IMG/VR virus record: IMGVR_UViG_2840949845_000010
Span: 10,825 to 74,824 of that record
DNA: 64,000 nucleotides
Direction: 5' to 3' (one strand)
Source of the DNA: a virus
Lineage: Duplodnaviria; Caudoviricetes
Under the pieces are notes generated by a model. The model made no database searches and was not told the origin of the DNA. It worked only from the letters and a program-made list of their open reading frames with translations. The translations under genes and the position numbers were made by a program. Of the stretch, positions 18,892-28,179 are shown piece after piece (within the stretch, counting starts at the first letter, position 1; the number at the start of each line of letters is the position of its first letter).

Positions 18892-20100
18892 TCAGGCGGT
18901 CGTGTAGTCGTAGATTTCGCGGGTGTCGCCGAAGGCCAGCTTGTAGCCCGAACTCTGGGTCTTCACGTAGGTGATGACTTGGTTGCGGATCGACTGCTCG
19001 CTCTCGGAGATCATCGAGTTCGCCTCGACCAGCTCCTCCAGCGTTTCCGCCTTGGTGTAGCCCAGCAGCTTGCCGTCCCCCATGGTCGAGGACAGAGCGA
19101 AGCCGACGTTGAAGTTCAACACCGGCAGGCTGGCCTGAAGACCGACGCCCACGGACGCCAGCCGCTCGGCCGCCGTCTTGGTGTCCAGCCCTTCGCCGGA
19201 CGCGACCTTCGCGATGGCCGGCGCCATGAACAGCATCAGCCACTCGACGTAGGCGTCCCAGTTGCCCATCACCATGTCCACCGGCACGCCCGCCTTGGCG
19301 CGCGAGACCAGCCACTTCAGCAGCGGCTTGTACTCGATCCGGCCGGACTGGGTGCCGCCGAACGCCGTCTGCTTGACCACGCCCGCCGCCGGATGCACGC
19401 CGTCGCCGTTCAGCATGACGGTCGTCGCCACGCCGACCTTCGACCGTTCCAGCTCGCGCTGAACGCGCGCCGCGAACGGGGTCAGCATGTCGAGCGAGGC
19501 CCGGCGGCTGAACTCGTAGGTCGTCTGGTAGCCCGAACCGTGCTTCCAGATTTTGACCGAATTCTCGGTCATGCGGATCGTGCGAACCGGGATGCGGCCA
19601 CCTTCCGACACCACGGAGGTGCGGTAGTTGTCCTTGTCGTTGTCCGGGTCCAGGATCACGGCGGTGATGAGTTCCGGGCCGGAGATGGTGCGGCTGTTGG
19701 AGACCAGCGGTTCGACCGTCTCCAGGGTGTCCTGGCGGTAGGCCCACCGCATCATGTCGTCCACCACCTCCGGGAACATCGCCCGGCTGCCTTCCCAGGT
19801 CTGGAAGGTTTGGGACGCCGCCTGAAGGGTGATGCCGTTGGCGAAGTCGTTGCGCACCGGCATGTTGAGGAAGGCCAGCGAGGCTTCGTAGCCGTTCAGC
19901 CCGTCGAAGCGTGCCGGCGTCTCGGACAGGCGCGGGTCGATGGACAGCAGCAGGTAGTCGCGGACGCCGATGCCGAAGCTGTTGGCGTCACGCAGCAGGC
20001 GCAGTCCGGCGTCGCGGGACTGGCCTTCGGTGGTGAGACCGGCGAGCACCGCTTCGGGCGACCGGCGCTGGATCTCATTGAGGGAACGAACTTCGGGCAT
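18892..20100 (-). CDS. Major capsid protein
   Basis: 402 aa, follows protease/decoration genes; VSEGGRIP and MLNGDG HK97-like motifs. Confidence 0.9.
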   Translation of the reverse strand: MPEVRSLNEIQRRSPEAVLAGLTTEGQSRDAGLRLLRDANSFGIGVRDYLLLSIDPRLSETPARFDGLNGYEASLAFLNMPVRNDFANGITLQAASQTFQTWEGSRAMFPEVVDDMMRWAYRQDTLETVEPLVSNSRTISGPELITAVILDPDNDKDNYRTSVVSEGGRIPVRTIRMTENSVKIWKHGSGYQTTYEFSRRASLDMLTPFAARVQRELERSKVGVATTVMLNGDGVHPAAGVVKQTAFGGTQSGRIEYKPLLKWLVSRAKAGVPVDMVMGNWDAYVEWLMLFMAPAIAKVASGEGLDTKTAAERLASVGVGLQASLPVLNFNVGFALSSTMGDGKLLGYTKAETLEELVEANSMISESEQSIRNQVITYVKTQSSGYKLAFGDTREIYDYTTA

Positions 20101-20133
20101 AGGATTGAGACCCTTGTTGAAGCCGACGCGGGC

Positions 20134-20532
20134 TTACTGGAAGACGACGACGACGTAGCCGGTCAGAACCTCGGCCACGAAATTGTTGGGTTGCGCGGTG
20201 GTCGCCGCCTTGACGGTCCCGTCCCCGGCGCCGACGACCGACTGGCCGACGTTGATGGTGGCGCCGCTCTTGACCGGCAGCTTGTAGCCGCCCTTGGTCT
20301 GCATGGCGCCGACCAGGATGCCTTCCTGGCTGCGGTCCTCGACGGTGAAGAGGACGCCCCGGACGATGTCGCCATCGGCGGCGGGCTTCATCGTGTTGGC
20401 GGTGGTGTCGGCCGACAGCGCGCAGCCGACGTGGGCCTTGCCGGTGCCCGAGGCGAGATAGACGGTGTAGCCGAACTCCGGGTGGTCGAGACCCAGCAGC
20501 GTCACACCCATGCCAATGCCGTTGTAGGCCAT
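20134..20532 (-). CDS. Capsid decoration/cement protein
   Basis: Small G/V/A-rich beta protein between scaffold and capsid genes. Confidence 0.7.
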   Translation of the reverse strand: MAYNGIGMGVTLLGLDHPEFGYTVYLASGTGKAHVGCALSADTTANTMKPAADGDIVRGVLFTVEDRSQEGILVGAMQTKGGYKLPVKSGATINVGQSVVGAGDGTVKAATTAQPNNFVAEVLTGYVVVVFQ

Positions 20533-20544
20533 GGAACCTGCTCC

Positions 20545-21681
20545 TTAATTGCGCGACTTGAAGGCGGCGTTGGTGAAACCGGCGCCCTTGGCGGCGTCGG
20601 AGACCGCGCCGGTGGCGACCCCGCCGACCGGAATCAGCGACGAGAGCTTGCCCTGCGCCGCCGTGATGCCAGCGATCAGCTCCGTCGCCGTCTTGGGCGC
20701 GGTCGCGTCCTTCTGGCCGAGGGCGACGTGCAGCTTGGTGAACTGGTCCGTCAGGAAGGAGAGCGTCGGATCGGTGTCGATCTTGACCGGCTCGACCTTC
20801 TCGGCCTCGGCCAGCTTCGCCGCGAGTTCGGTGATCTGGGTGTTGAGGCCGTCGATCTTGGCGGTCAGGCTGGCGACCTCGCCGCCCTTGGCGTCGAGGT
20901 CTTTCTTGGCGGTGGCGAGGTCCGCCTGGGCGGTCGCCAACTGGGACGCGAAGCCCGTCAGTTCGGACAGGTTCACGGTCACGGGATCGGGCATGGTGGG
21001 TTCTTTCGATGCCGTCAGTTGAAGGAGGAGGGCCTTGCCCGTCGTGCCGCTGGCGGTCAGGGCGGCGCCCTGCGCGGCGGCCTGGGACAGAATCTTCGCC
21101 CCGTTCGCGGCCCCCTTGCCGACCAGGGACATCTCGTGCCAAGCGCTGAGACCATCGACGTGGGTGTGGACGCTGTCCTTGCCGATGGCGTGGCCGTTCT
21201 CACAGGTCAGGGAGAGGACGTTCATGAAGTCCGCGTCCGGGCCGAGATAGTCGAACCCACACTTGGAACAGGTGATCGTCTTGGCCTGGAATCCGACCGA
21301 CACCTCATCGACGGTGGCGTTCTCGATCTTGTTGATGAGATCGGTCTCGGTGTTCGGGATGTAGAACTGGACCGGAAGCTGCGGGCGGTTGGAGCGGTCG
21401 CGCGTGATCTCGGCCCAGAACGCCTTGCCGACCGGGAGCACCTTGGTGTCGTGCATCACCTGGATCGGCACGCCCTCGCCCCGCTGGAGCATGGCGGCCA
21501 TCTCGGTCATCGTGCGTTCGGAGACCACGGCGCCGTCGAAGATCGACCCCTTCTGCCGGATCGGCAGGGTGTTCAGCGCCAGGGCCTCGTAGACCACGAG
21601 GTTGTCGAGATTGACGTCGTTGCCGGCCGTCGTCTTGATCCGGCTGGCAATGACATCGGTGACTTGGACCCGCTTGCCCAT
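20545..21681 (-). CDS. Prohead protease-scaffold fusion
   Basis: MHD...VSVGF...EMSLVGKGA protease motifs plus a C-terminal coiled coil; possible internal start at 20994 (MPDPVTV). Confidence 0.8.
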   Translation of the reverse strand: MGKRVQVTDVIASRIKTTAGNDVNLDNLVVYEALALNTLPIRQKGSIFDGAVVSERTMTEMAAMLQRGEGVPIQVMHDTKVLPVGKAFWAEITRDRSNRPQLPVQFYIPNTETDLINKIENATVDEVSVGFQAKTITCSKCGFDYLGPDADFMNVLSLTCENGHAIGKDSVHTHVDGLSAWHEMSLVGKGAANGAKILSQAAAQGAALTASGTTGKALLLQLTASKEPTMPDPVTVNLSELTGFASQLATAQADLATAKKDLDAKGGEVASLTAKIDGLNTQITELAAKLAEAEKVEPVKIDTDPTLSFLTDQFTKLHVALGQKDATAPKTATELIAGITAAQGKLSSLIPVGGVATGAVSDAAKGAGFTNAAFKSRN

Positions 21682-21769
21682 GCCGTCATCCAAGTAAAGG
21701 GGTGAGGTCTGGGCAAGTTGACCGAATGGGTTCGGCTGCTTCAACGTGATAGGGATTACTGGTCCAGCC

Positions 21770-23218
21770 CTAACTCTTCTTGACCATTTTGCTGTTCGCC
21801 ACGGCGCTGCCCTCCGGGGTCAGGCTGCGGTCGAGGGCGTTGCCGCTCTCCTCGGCACTGGTGTCGGTGGTGGTCGAGCTGACCGTCATGAAGCCGGTGC
21901 CAGCCAGGGCGGGCGCGTCGTCCGGTCGGTGGCGACCGAACATTTCCATGTGGAACTCGTCGTCGTTGATGAGGCCCAGGGACAGCAGCGACAGCAGACG
22001 GGACTGGCGCATGGTCATGTGGTTTTCCAGCTCCAGCGAAGGCCGGAGTTCAGCCTTGCGGAAGCGGACCACCGCGTAGTTGGCGCGGCCCTGCATCATC
22101 AGCGCGAAGGTGAAGAGGCGGGACAGATTGTCGGCCACCGGCTCGTTGATCTCGTCCGCGTTCATGGAAAAGATGCGGGCCTCGACCGACGCCGTGTTCA
22201 CGCCGCTCTCCCCCCGGCCGATGATCGTGGACATCACCTTCAGGGCCGCCTGGTTCTGGGCGTTCAGAACGTCGATGACCTTCGAGATGTCGATGCCCAC
22301 GCCGGGGTTGTCGTCGTTGATGATGGAGGCTTCCACGCTGTCCCAATGGATGAACGCCTGATCCACCCGCAGCGAGCCGAAGGACTTGGCGATCTCCTGC
22401 AACTTGCTCCGCGCCCAATTCGCCATCTTGTCGGCGTCCGCCTGAACGTCGGCGGGCGCGGACTGGCGAACCACATCCTCCAGCACCTTGATGTCAATGC
22501 GCGGGAAGCCGGTGACGTACATGATCCGGTACAGATCGTTGATGACCTGCTGACGCGCGGCGATGGTGTTGATCGCCGAGACGAAATGGCTGTTCGTGTA
22601 GATCGAGGTCGGGTCGCGGCGGAAGAAGCTGACGAAGAAGGTCGGGATGTCGAGCGGGATTTCGCCCACTCCCCCCGCCGGGATTTGCACCGGCTTGTAC
22701 TGGCCGGGCTTCGGCTCCTTCCAGCGCACCGTGGCGAGGTCCACCTGCCGGATTTCGCTGGGGGCCAGGGTGCGGTCGAACACCAGTTCGTTCGCCACGC
22801 CGCCGCGCAGCAGGATCATGTAGCGCATCTCGGCGGCCAGCAGCCGGAGAGAGGGTTTGAGCTGGAAGGCCGAGAAGTCGGACTGCACCGTCAGGCGCCG
22901 GATGATCTGCTGAAGGACGGCGTACCCCTCGCGGTCCAGGTTTCCCTGCTCATCATGCACGCTGACCAGCATGTCGGTGTTCGAGACGGTCAGGTAGGCG
23001 TTGACGGCGGCGCTCACGTCCGGGTCGCCCTGAAACGCCTCCTTCATGATGGAGCGGCTGTCCTTGCGGAACCTGTCCTTGAACAGGTCGCGCATGTGTT
23101 CCTGGTACATCGGGACGGAAAGCAGCCCGCCCGGCGTCTGACCGTTGAAGGTGTTGGTGATCGAGGCGCCGCCGCGATTGGCCCGGCGTTTGAAGCCCCC
23201 GAGCTTGAACAGGTCCAT
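21770..23218 (-). CDS. Portal protein
   Basis: ~482 aa directly after the terminase; DPDVSAAV motif. Confidence 0.85.
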   Translation of the reverse strand: MDLFKLGGFKRRANRGGASITNTFNGQTPGGLLSVPMYQEHMRDLFKDRFRKDSRSIMKEAFQGDPDVSAAVNAYLTVSNTDMLVSVHDEQGNLDREGYAVLQQIIRRLTVQSDFSAFQLKPSLRLLAAEMRYMILLRGGVANELVFDRTLAPSEIRQVDLATVRWKEPKPGQYKPVQIPAGGVGEIPLDIPTFFVSFFRRDPTSIYTNSHFVSAINTIAARQQVINDLYRIMYVTGFPRIDIKVLEDVVRQSAPADVQADADKMANWARSKLQEIAKSFGSLRVDQAFIHWDSVEASIINDDNPGVGIDISKVIDVLNAQNQAALKVMSTIIGRGESGVNTASVEARIFSMNADEINEPVADNLSRLFTFALMMQGRANYAVVRFRKAELRPSLELENHMTMRQSRLLSLLSLGLINDDEFHMEMFGRHRPDDAPALAGTGFMTVSSTTTDTSAEESGNALDRSLTPEGSAVANSKMVKKS

Positions 23219-24948
23219 CACCATGATAGCAGCCCCTGGCTGTGGCTCGACGGAACCAGGAGACCCACGTCGTCGGGCACCCAGTCCGCGCCAATGGTTT
23301 CGTAGAGGGTTCGCGTCTCGGCCTTCCGCAGCGGCTGAAGCGCCTGCCAAAGCCGGAGGCTGAACAGCATGAAACCGAGGGCGTGGAAGTAATGATCGTC
23401 GCCCTTGAGCTTCACCCAGCGGGCCGGGCTTTCCGGCTTCTCGTCGCGCACGTTGTCGCGGAAGTGGGTGATGATCGTTTCCTTCTGGTGGCCGTAGCCG
23501 CAGAGGGTGATCCTCTTCGAGCGGACGGACTTGGCCGCCACGTCGAGGAGCGAGGTGCGGTCGGCCTGGGCGTAGGCCGGGTTCTTGAACTCGTCGAAGA
23601 CGATGTTGATTTCGGCCGATCCACGGTACTCGACGGGGAACACCTTCCTCCCGCTGACCTCGAAGATGTCGTGGGCGGTCGGGGTGTAGGGGTGACGGTC
23701 AACCGCGCCGGCCACGATGTTGACCTGACCGCACAGGCCCTTCACCCGGTCCACGATGTCGTTGGCCGGGATCGTCTCGAACAGCAGCGCGTCGCAGTCC
23801 TCCGGCGTGCCGACGCCCAGGATCAGGTGGCAGACCGCGCCCATGTCGATGCCCAGGAAATGCGGGCGGGTCGGGTCCACCTCATCCGGCCGGGTCGGGA
23901 CCGGGGCGATGCACGCCTCGATGTCGGCGCGCTCCAGGCGGATGTTGCCGTCGATGTAGGGCTTGCCCAGCACCGTGTTCGACCAGCCGCGCAGATAGTC
24001 GCGGCGCTTGTATTCCAGAAGCTGGCCGATGATGTAGGGGATGCCGATGCGGCCGGTGGACAGCGGGCGGACCCGATAGCCCCGCGCGTGCTGGATGTCG
24101 GGCCGCTGGGCGACCCAGCGGCGCCCCTCATCGTCCAGATCGAGTGGGCCTTGGTGGCAGCGCTCGCACATGACGTAGGCGCCGAGAAGGTCCAGCTTGG
24201 GCATCAGGCTTTCGGTGATGTGCCCCAGGTCTTCGATGTCGTCGGGCAGACCGGGGATCACCACGAAGTCGCGGGTGAAGTCCGGGATCTGAACGTGACG
24301 GCAATAGGGGCAGCGGATGACCCACTCGCGCTGGTCCGTCACCTCATAGTCGCCGTCAATCCCGAAGCCGAAGAAGGTCGGGGTCGAGAAGCGGTGCTTG
24401 ATCCGCCATTCGGAATTCTGGAGACGCGACTGGAACAGGGACAGCATTCCCTGATCGGTCAGGTCCACCTCGTCATGGACGAGGTAATCGGCGGGCGTCG
24501 AGGTGGCGGCGCCCTCCGTCGCGTTGGTCATCAGCAGGAAGCTCGTGCCGAACTGCATCGTGGACATCGAGCGGACCATCTTCTCCCCGCTCTCCGGCTG
24601 GAAGACGGCGTTCTCTTCGATGCAGGGTTTCACCCGCATCTGGCTGACCTTCTTGAACATCGCCTCGTCGGGCAACGTGTAGATCGCGTTGACCCCTTTG
24701 TTGCGCTTCACGAAGGCGAGGATTTTGCGGACCTGAACCTCGGTCAAACCAACCTGGGAGCATTTGATGACCGACAAATTCTCGTGCATGTCATCGGCGA
24801 TGGCCTGTTGAAACGGATACTTCGCCATCGAGAATGGCCGCCCCCGCAGCAATGTGTTCTGCGTGATCCAGTCACCATAGCTCGCCGCCTGATCGACATC
24901 GAAGCGGGCGCGGGCGCGCGACAGGAAGTCTTGGATTGGACGGGTCAT
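23218..24948 (-). CDS. Terminase large subunit (lambda GpA-like)
   Basis: KCSQVGLTE Walker A, LVHDEVD Walker B, STPT, two CxxC pairs, nuclease GIDMG and DHYFHA. Confidence 0.95.
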   Translation of the reverse strand: MTRPIQDFLSRARARFDVDQAASYGDWITQNTLLRGRPFSMAKYPFQQAIADDMHENLSVIKCSQVGLTEVQVRKILAFVKRNKGVNAIYTLPDEAMFKKVSQMRVKPCIEENAVFQPESGEKMVRSMSTMQFGTSFLLMTNATEGAATSTPADYLVHDEVDLTDQGMLSLFQSRLQNSEWRIKHRFSTPTFFGFGIDGDYEVTDQREWVIRCPYCRHVQIPDFTRDFVVIPGLPDDIEDLGHITESLMPKLDLLGAYVMCERCHQGPLDLDDEGRRWVAQRPDIQHARGYRVRPLSTGRIGIPYIIGQLLEYKRRDYLRGWSNTVLGKPYIDGNIRLERADIEACIAPVPTRPDEVDPTRPHFLGIDMGAVCHLILGVGTPEDCDALLFETIPANDIVDRVKGLCGQVNIVAGAVDRHPYTPTAHDIFEVSGRKVFPVEYRGSAEINIVFDEFKNPAYAQADRTSLLDVAAKSVRSKRITLCGYGHQKETIITHFRDNVRDEKPESPARWVKLKGDDHYFHALGFMLFSLRLWQALQPLRKAETRTLYETIGADWVPDDVGLLVPSSHSQGLLSW

Positions 24949-24990
24949 CGGGCGACGGTAGTCGGGCGACGACTTGGCGCACAGCGAAAG

Positions 24991-25016
24991 GACGTTAGCG
25001 AATCCTCGCTAACGTC
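24991..25016. promoter_or_regulatory. Perfect 11-bp inverted repeat in the divergent terL/primase promoter region
   Basis: GACGTTAGCGA-ATCC-TCGCTAACGTC. Confidence 0.65.
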
Positions 25017-25081
25017 TCTGGCGTTGCGCCCAGGGGGCGTTGTCGCGAACGATCTGGGCCTCCCCCCACTCCAGGCCGCCC

Positions 25082-25564
25082 ATGCGCTTCTACCCTGATC
25101 TCAGTCAGAAGACGTTGGCCCCGCTCCAGGTGGTGCAGGAACAGCTCCGGCTGGACCCGGCCTATCTGGACGCGGATGACTGCTCCTACGACGCCAAGGT
25201 CAAAGAGCTGCTGAAGCTCCTGGCTCCGGGTTCCGGCGACAGCCCCCAGGCTTTTCTGCGCCGCGCCGGATCGAAGCAGCAAATCCTCGAAGACGAAACC
25301 CAAGCCCTCTACCTGGAAATCCGCGACTTCGGCCAGAAGCTGAAGGCCGACGACGTGTCCGAGCGGATGTCCTACTACCGGACCCGCACCGCCCTGCTGG
25401 AAAAGCTCATCTCCTTGACGGAGCGGGCCAGCAGCATGAAGGCGGTTGGTCAGTTCCAGGACATCGTGCTGGGCATCTTCGAGGACATGCTGACGCCCGA
25501 CCAGCGGGCCGAAGCCATGGAACGCCTGGGCGCCGCCCTCGAAACCCAGGACGACCATGGCTGA
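25082..25564 (+). CDS. Helical protein, possible terminase small subunit
   Basis: 160-aa helical ORF divergent from terL and overlapping the primase start; function inferred from position. Confidence 0.55.
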   Translation: MRFYPDLSQKTLAPLQVVQEQLRLDPAYLDADDCSYDAKVKELLKLLAPGSGDSPQAFLRRAGSKQQILEDETQALYLEIRDFGQKLKADDVSERMSYYRTRTALLEKLISLTERASSMKAVGQFQDIVLGIFEDMLTPDQRAEAMERLGAALETQDDHG

Positions 25565-27989
25565 CCTCTTCGCCGCGCACGCCCCGGCCTTCTGGTCGCG
25601 CGGCATTCCCGCCATCCCGCTCGTCAAGGGCCAGAAGCGTCCCGCCATCGACGCTTGGCAGATGTTCAGCGACAGCCTGCCGACCGAAGAGCAGAAGGCC
25701 CGCTGGCTGTCGGAGTTCGCCCACGGGAACATCGGCGTCGCGCTCGGCCCCCAGTCCGGCATCGAGATGCTGGACGTGGACACCGACGACCCCAAGGTTC
25801 ACCAGTTCATCGACACCGTGCTGCCGCACAGCCCGTGGCGGCGTCTTGGCCGCAAGGGATTCGCTCTGGCCTTCCGCTGGTCGGGACACCGCACCTTCCG
25901 CATCAAGCAGGCGGACGACGCGACCATCATGGAGCTGCTGTCCGCCAAGACGCAGCTCGTGATCCCGCCGTCGATCCACCCGGACACCGGGCTTCCCTAC
26001 CGGGCGAACGTCGATCTGCTGGAAGTCTACGACGAGCTTCCGCCGCTCCCGCGCGACGTGGAGATCATCCTGCGCGAAGGGCTGAAGGAACTCGGCTACG
26101 AGCTGTCGGCCAACGGCTTCACCAAGCTGACGGAATGGGTGGCGCCGGGCGCCCGCGACAACCGGATGATCCAGGTCGCCGGTCTCTACGCCAACACCAT
26201 CCTGCGCGGCGAGGTCACGTTCCTCGAAGCCGTCGCCCAGATGCGCGGTTGGCACGACGCCCGCGTGGAGAAGGTCGCGGGCGACGACGTTGACATCAAC
26301 AAGGGCATCGTCCGCATGGCGGAGTTCCTGGTCTCGGATGTGACCGGGGACAAGCGCCGCATGTTGCCGGTCGGTTGGGACGCCAACCTGTCGGGGGAGA
26401 TGAAGTCCGGGCTGGGCCTGAACGTCATCACCGACGAGAACCAGGAATGGACGCCCGAACAGGTGCGGACCCACCTGGACGCCGCGCTTGGCGCGCTTCC
26501 TCCCGAGGATCTTCGCCGCGTCGATGAGGTGAACAAGGCGCTGGACCGGATCGCCCGCCAGCAGTTCGACGCTCTGCACGAGGAGCAAATCCTCCGCTGG
26601 ATCGCCGAGACCTCGATGACCGGCATTTCCTTCACGTCGCTGAAGCGGCGGCTGCGGGAACTGCGCCAGGGCGAGGTGGTCGGCACCGACCACAGCGAGA
26701 TCGCCGAACAGGTGCTGGCCGACCTGCGCCGCTTCGGCGAGGTGCGGTTCGCCTTCAACAAATTCTGGTCCTGGACCGGCTCGCACTGGGAACGGAAGAT
26801 CGACGAGGACATCTACCGCCTGATCTCGAACGATTACGGCGATCTTCCCGCCGCCCGCAAGGCGGCGGATCACAGCGGCATCCTCAAGGTGATGGGCCGC
26901 AAGGTCTCCCGCCCGCTGGTCGATAGCGCCCTCGTCGGCATCAACTTCGCCAACGGCTACCTTTCCCAGGATGGCCGGATGCTGCCGCACGATCCGGCCT
27001 ATGGGGCGACCTACTGTCTGCCCTACCGCTACATGCCCGAGCTGGCCGACCGTTGCCCGCGCTGGCTGGCCTTTCTGAACGAGCGCTGGGCCAAGGACGC
27101 CGACCGCCCGGACAAGATCACGGCCCTCCAGGAGGCGATGTGCGCCACGCTCATGGGCATGGCGCCGCGCCTCCAGCGCGCGGTCCTGCTGGTCGGCGTG
27201 GCCCGCTCCGGCAAATCCCAGGTGCTGAAGGTGATGCGCGGCCTGCTGCCCGAGGAGGCGGTGAGCAACATCCCGCCGAACACCTGGGGCGACAAGTTCA
27301 TGCCGGTCGGTTTCGTCGGCAAGCTGCTGAACGTGGCGGGCGAACTGTCCGAAAGCAAATACATCCAGGGCGACATCTTCAAGCAGGTGGTCGAGGGCGA
27401 GAGCATCCCGGTCCAGTACAAGGGGAAGGACGCCTTCGACATCCGACCGATGTGCGCCCACTGGTTCGGGTCGAACCATCTGCCGAAGACCAGGGACACG
27501 TCGGAAGGGTTCAACCGCCGCTGGCTGGTCCTGACCTTCAACCAGCCGGTCCCGCTGGAAGACGTGCAACTCGACTTCGCGGACATCCTGATCGCCGAGG
27601 AGCGCGAGGCGATCACCGCCTGGGCGATCCAGGGGATGCCGCGCCTGATCCGCCAGCACAGCTACACCATCCCGGCGTCTCACGCCCAGGCCGTGGAGGC
27701 AATGGCGGACGCCAATGACAGCGTGCGTTTTTTTATGAAGCAGAAGGGCGTGGGCGTCCTATGCCTGAATTCCGCCCCCACCTCATCGACACAACTCTAC
27801 ACCGAATACTATCGCTTCTGCGCCGAGGCGGGGGATGCCCGGCCTGTTACCTTGAGGAGCTTCTTGGGTCGGATGGAGAATTTGGCGAACGTCTTCGGCT
27901 TCACGCCCATTTCGCAGAAGGACAAGGATGGAAACACCCAAGTGTTGTACGTGAACGGCACCTCTGCGACGCCCGCCGAGGCCGCGTGA
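25557..27989 (+). CDS. Bifunctional primase-polymerase fused to a D5/P4-family SF3 helicase
   Basis: NIGVALG, LDVD and PPSIHP prim-pol motifs; GVARSGKS Walker A; SNHLP...GFNRR. Confidence 0.92.
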   Translation: MADLFAAHAPAFWSRGIPAIPLVKGQKRPAIDAWQMFSDSLPTEEQKARWLSEFAHGNIGVALGPQSGIEMLDVDTDDPKVHQFIDTVLPHSPWRRLGRKGFALAFRWSGHRTFRIKQADDATIMELLSAKTQLVIPPSIHPDTGLPYRANVDLLEVYDELPPLPRDVEIILREGLKELGYELSANGFTKLTEWVAPGARDNRMIQVAGLYANTILRGEVTFLEAVAQMRGWHDARVEKVAGDDVDINKGIVRMAEFLVSDVTGDKRRMLPVGWDANLSGEMKSGLGLNVITDENQEWTPEQVRTHLDAALGALPPEDLRRVDEVNKALDRIARQQFDALHEEQILRWIAETSMTGISFTSLKRRLRELRQGEVVGTDHSEIAEQVLADLRRFGEVRFAFNKFWSWTGSHWERKIDEDIYRLISNDYGDLPAARKAADHSGILKVMGRKVSRPLVDSALVGINFANGYLSQDGRMLPHDPAYGATYCLPYRYMPELADRCPRWLAFLNERWAKDADRPDKITALQEAMCATLMGMAPRLQRAVLLVGVARSGKSQVLKVMRGLLPEEAVSNIPPNTWGDKFMPVGFVGKLLNVAGELSESKYIQGDIFKQVVEGESIPVQYKGKDAFDIRPMCAHWFGSNHLPKTRDTSEGFNRRWLVLTFNQPVPLEDVQLDFADILIAEEREAITAWAIQGMPRLIRQHSYTIPASHAQAVEAMADANDSVRFFMKQKGVGVLCLNSAPTSSTQLYTEYYRFCAEAGDARPVTLRSFLGRMENLANVFGFTPISQKDKDGNTQVLYVNGTSATPAEAA

Positions 27990-28081
27990 TCGAAATCACC
28001 CGGCCCGACCTGATCGAGCTGTTCTACTGGCAGAACGTTGCAAGCGTGCCTACCCGGTTTAGGCAGTCACCCACGGCATAG
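27986..28081 (+). pseudogene. Truncated small gene at the edge of the AT-rich insert
   Basis: GTGA-coupled start (VIEITRPDLIELFYWQ); base composition changes mid-ORF and it stops after 31 aa. Confidence 0.35.
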
Positions 28082-28179
28082 AGGGAAGGTAAAGCGTGCA
28101 TCGCGACCTCCCAATCAACATCATATGAACCGACTAAGTCATGCTATACGTGTTATGCTCTCTGATTTTCGCGGCATCC

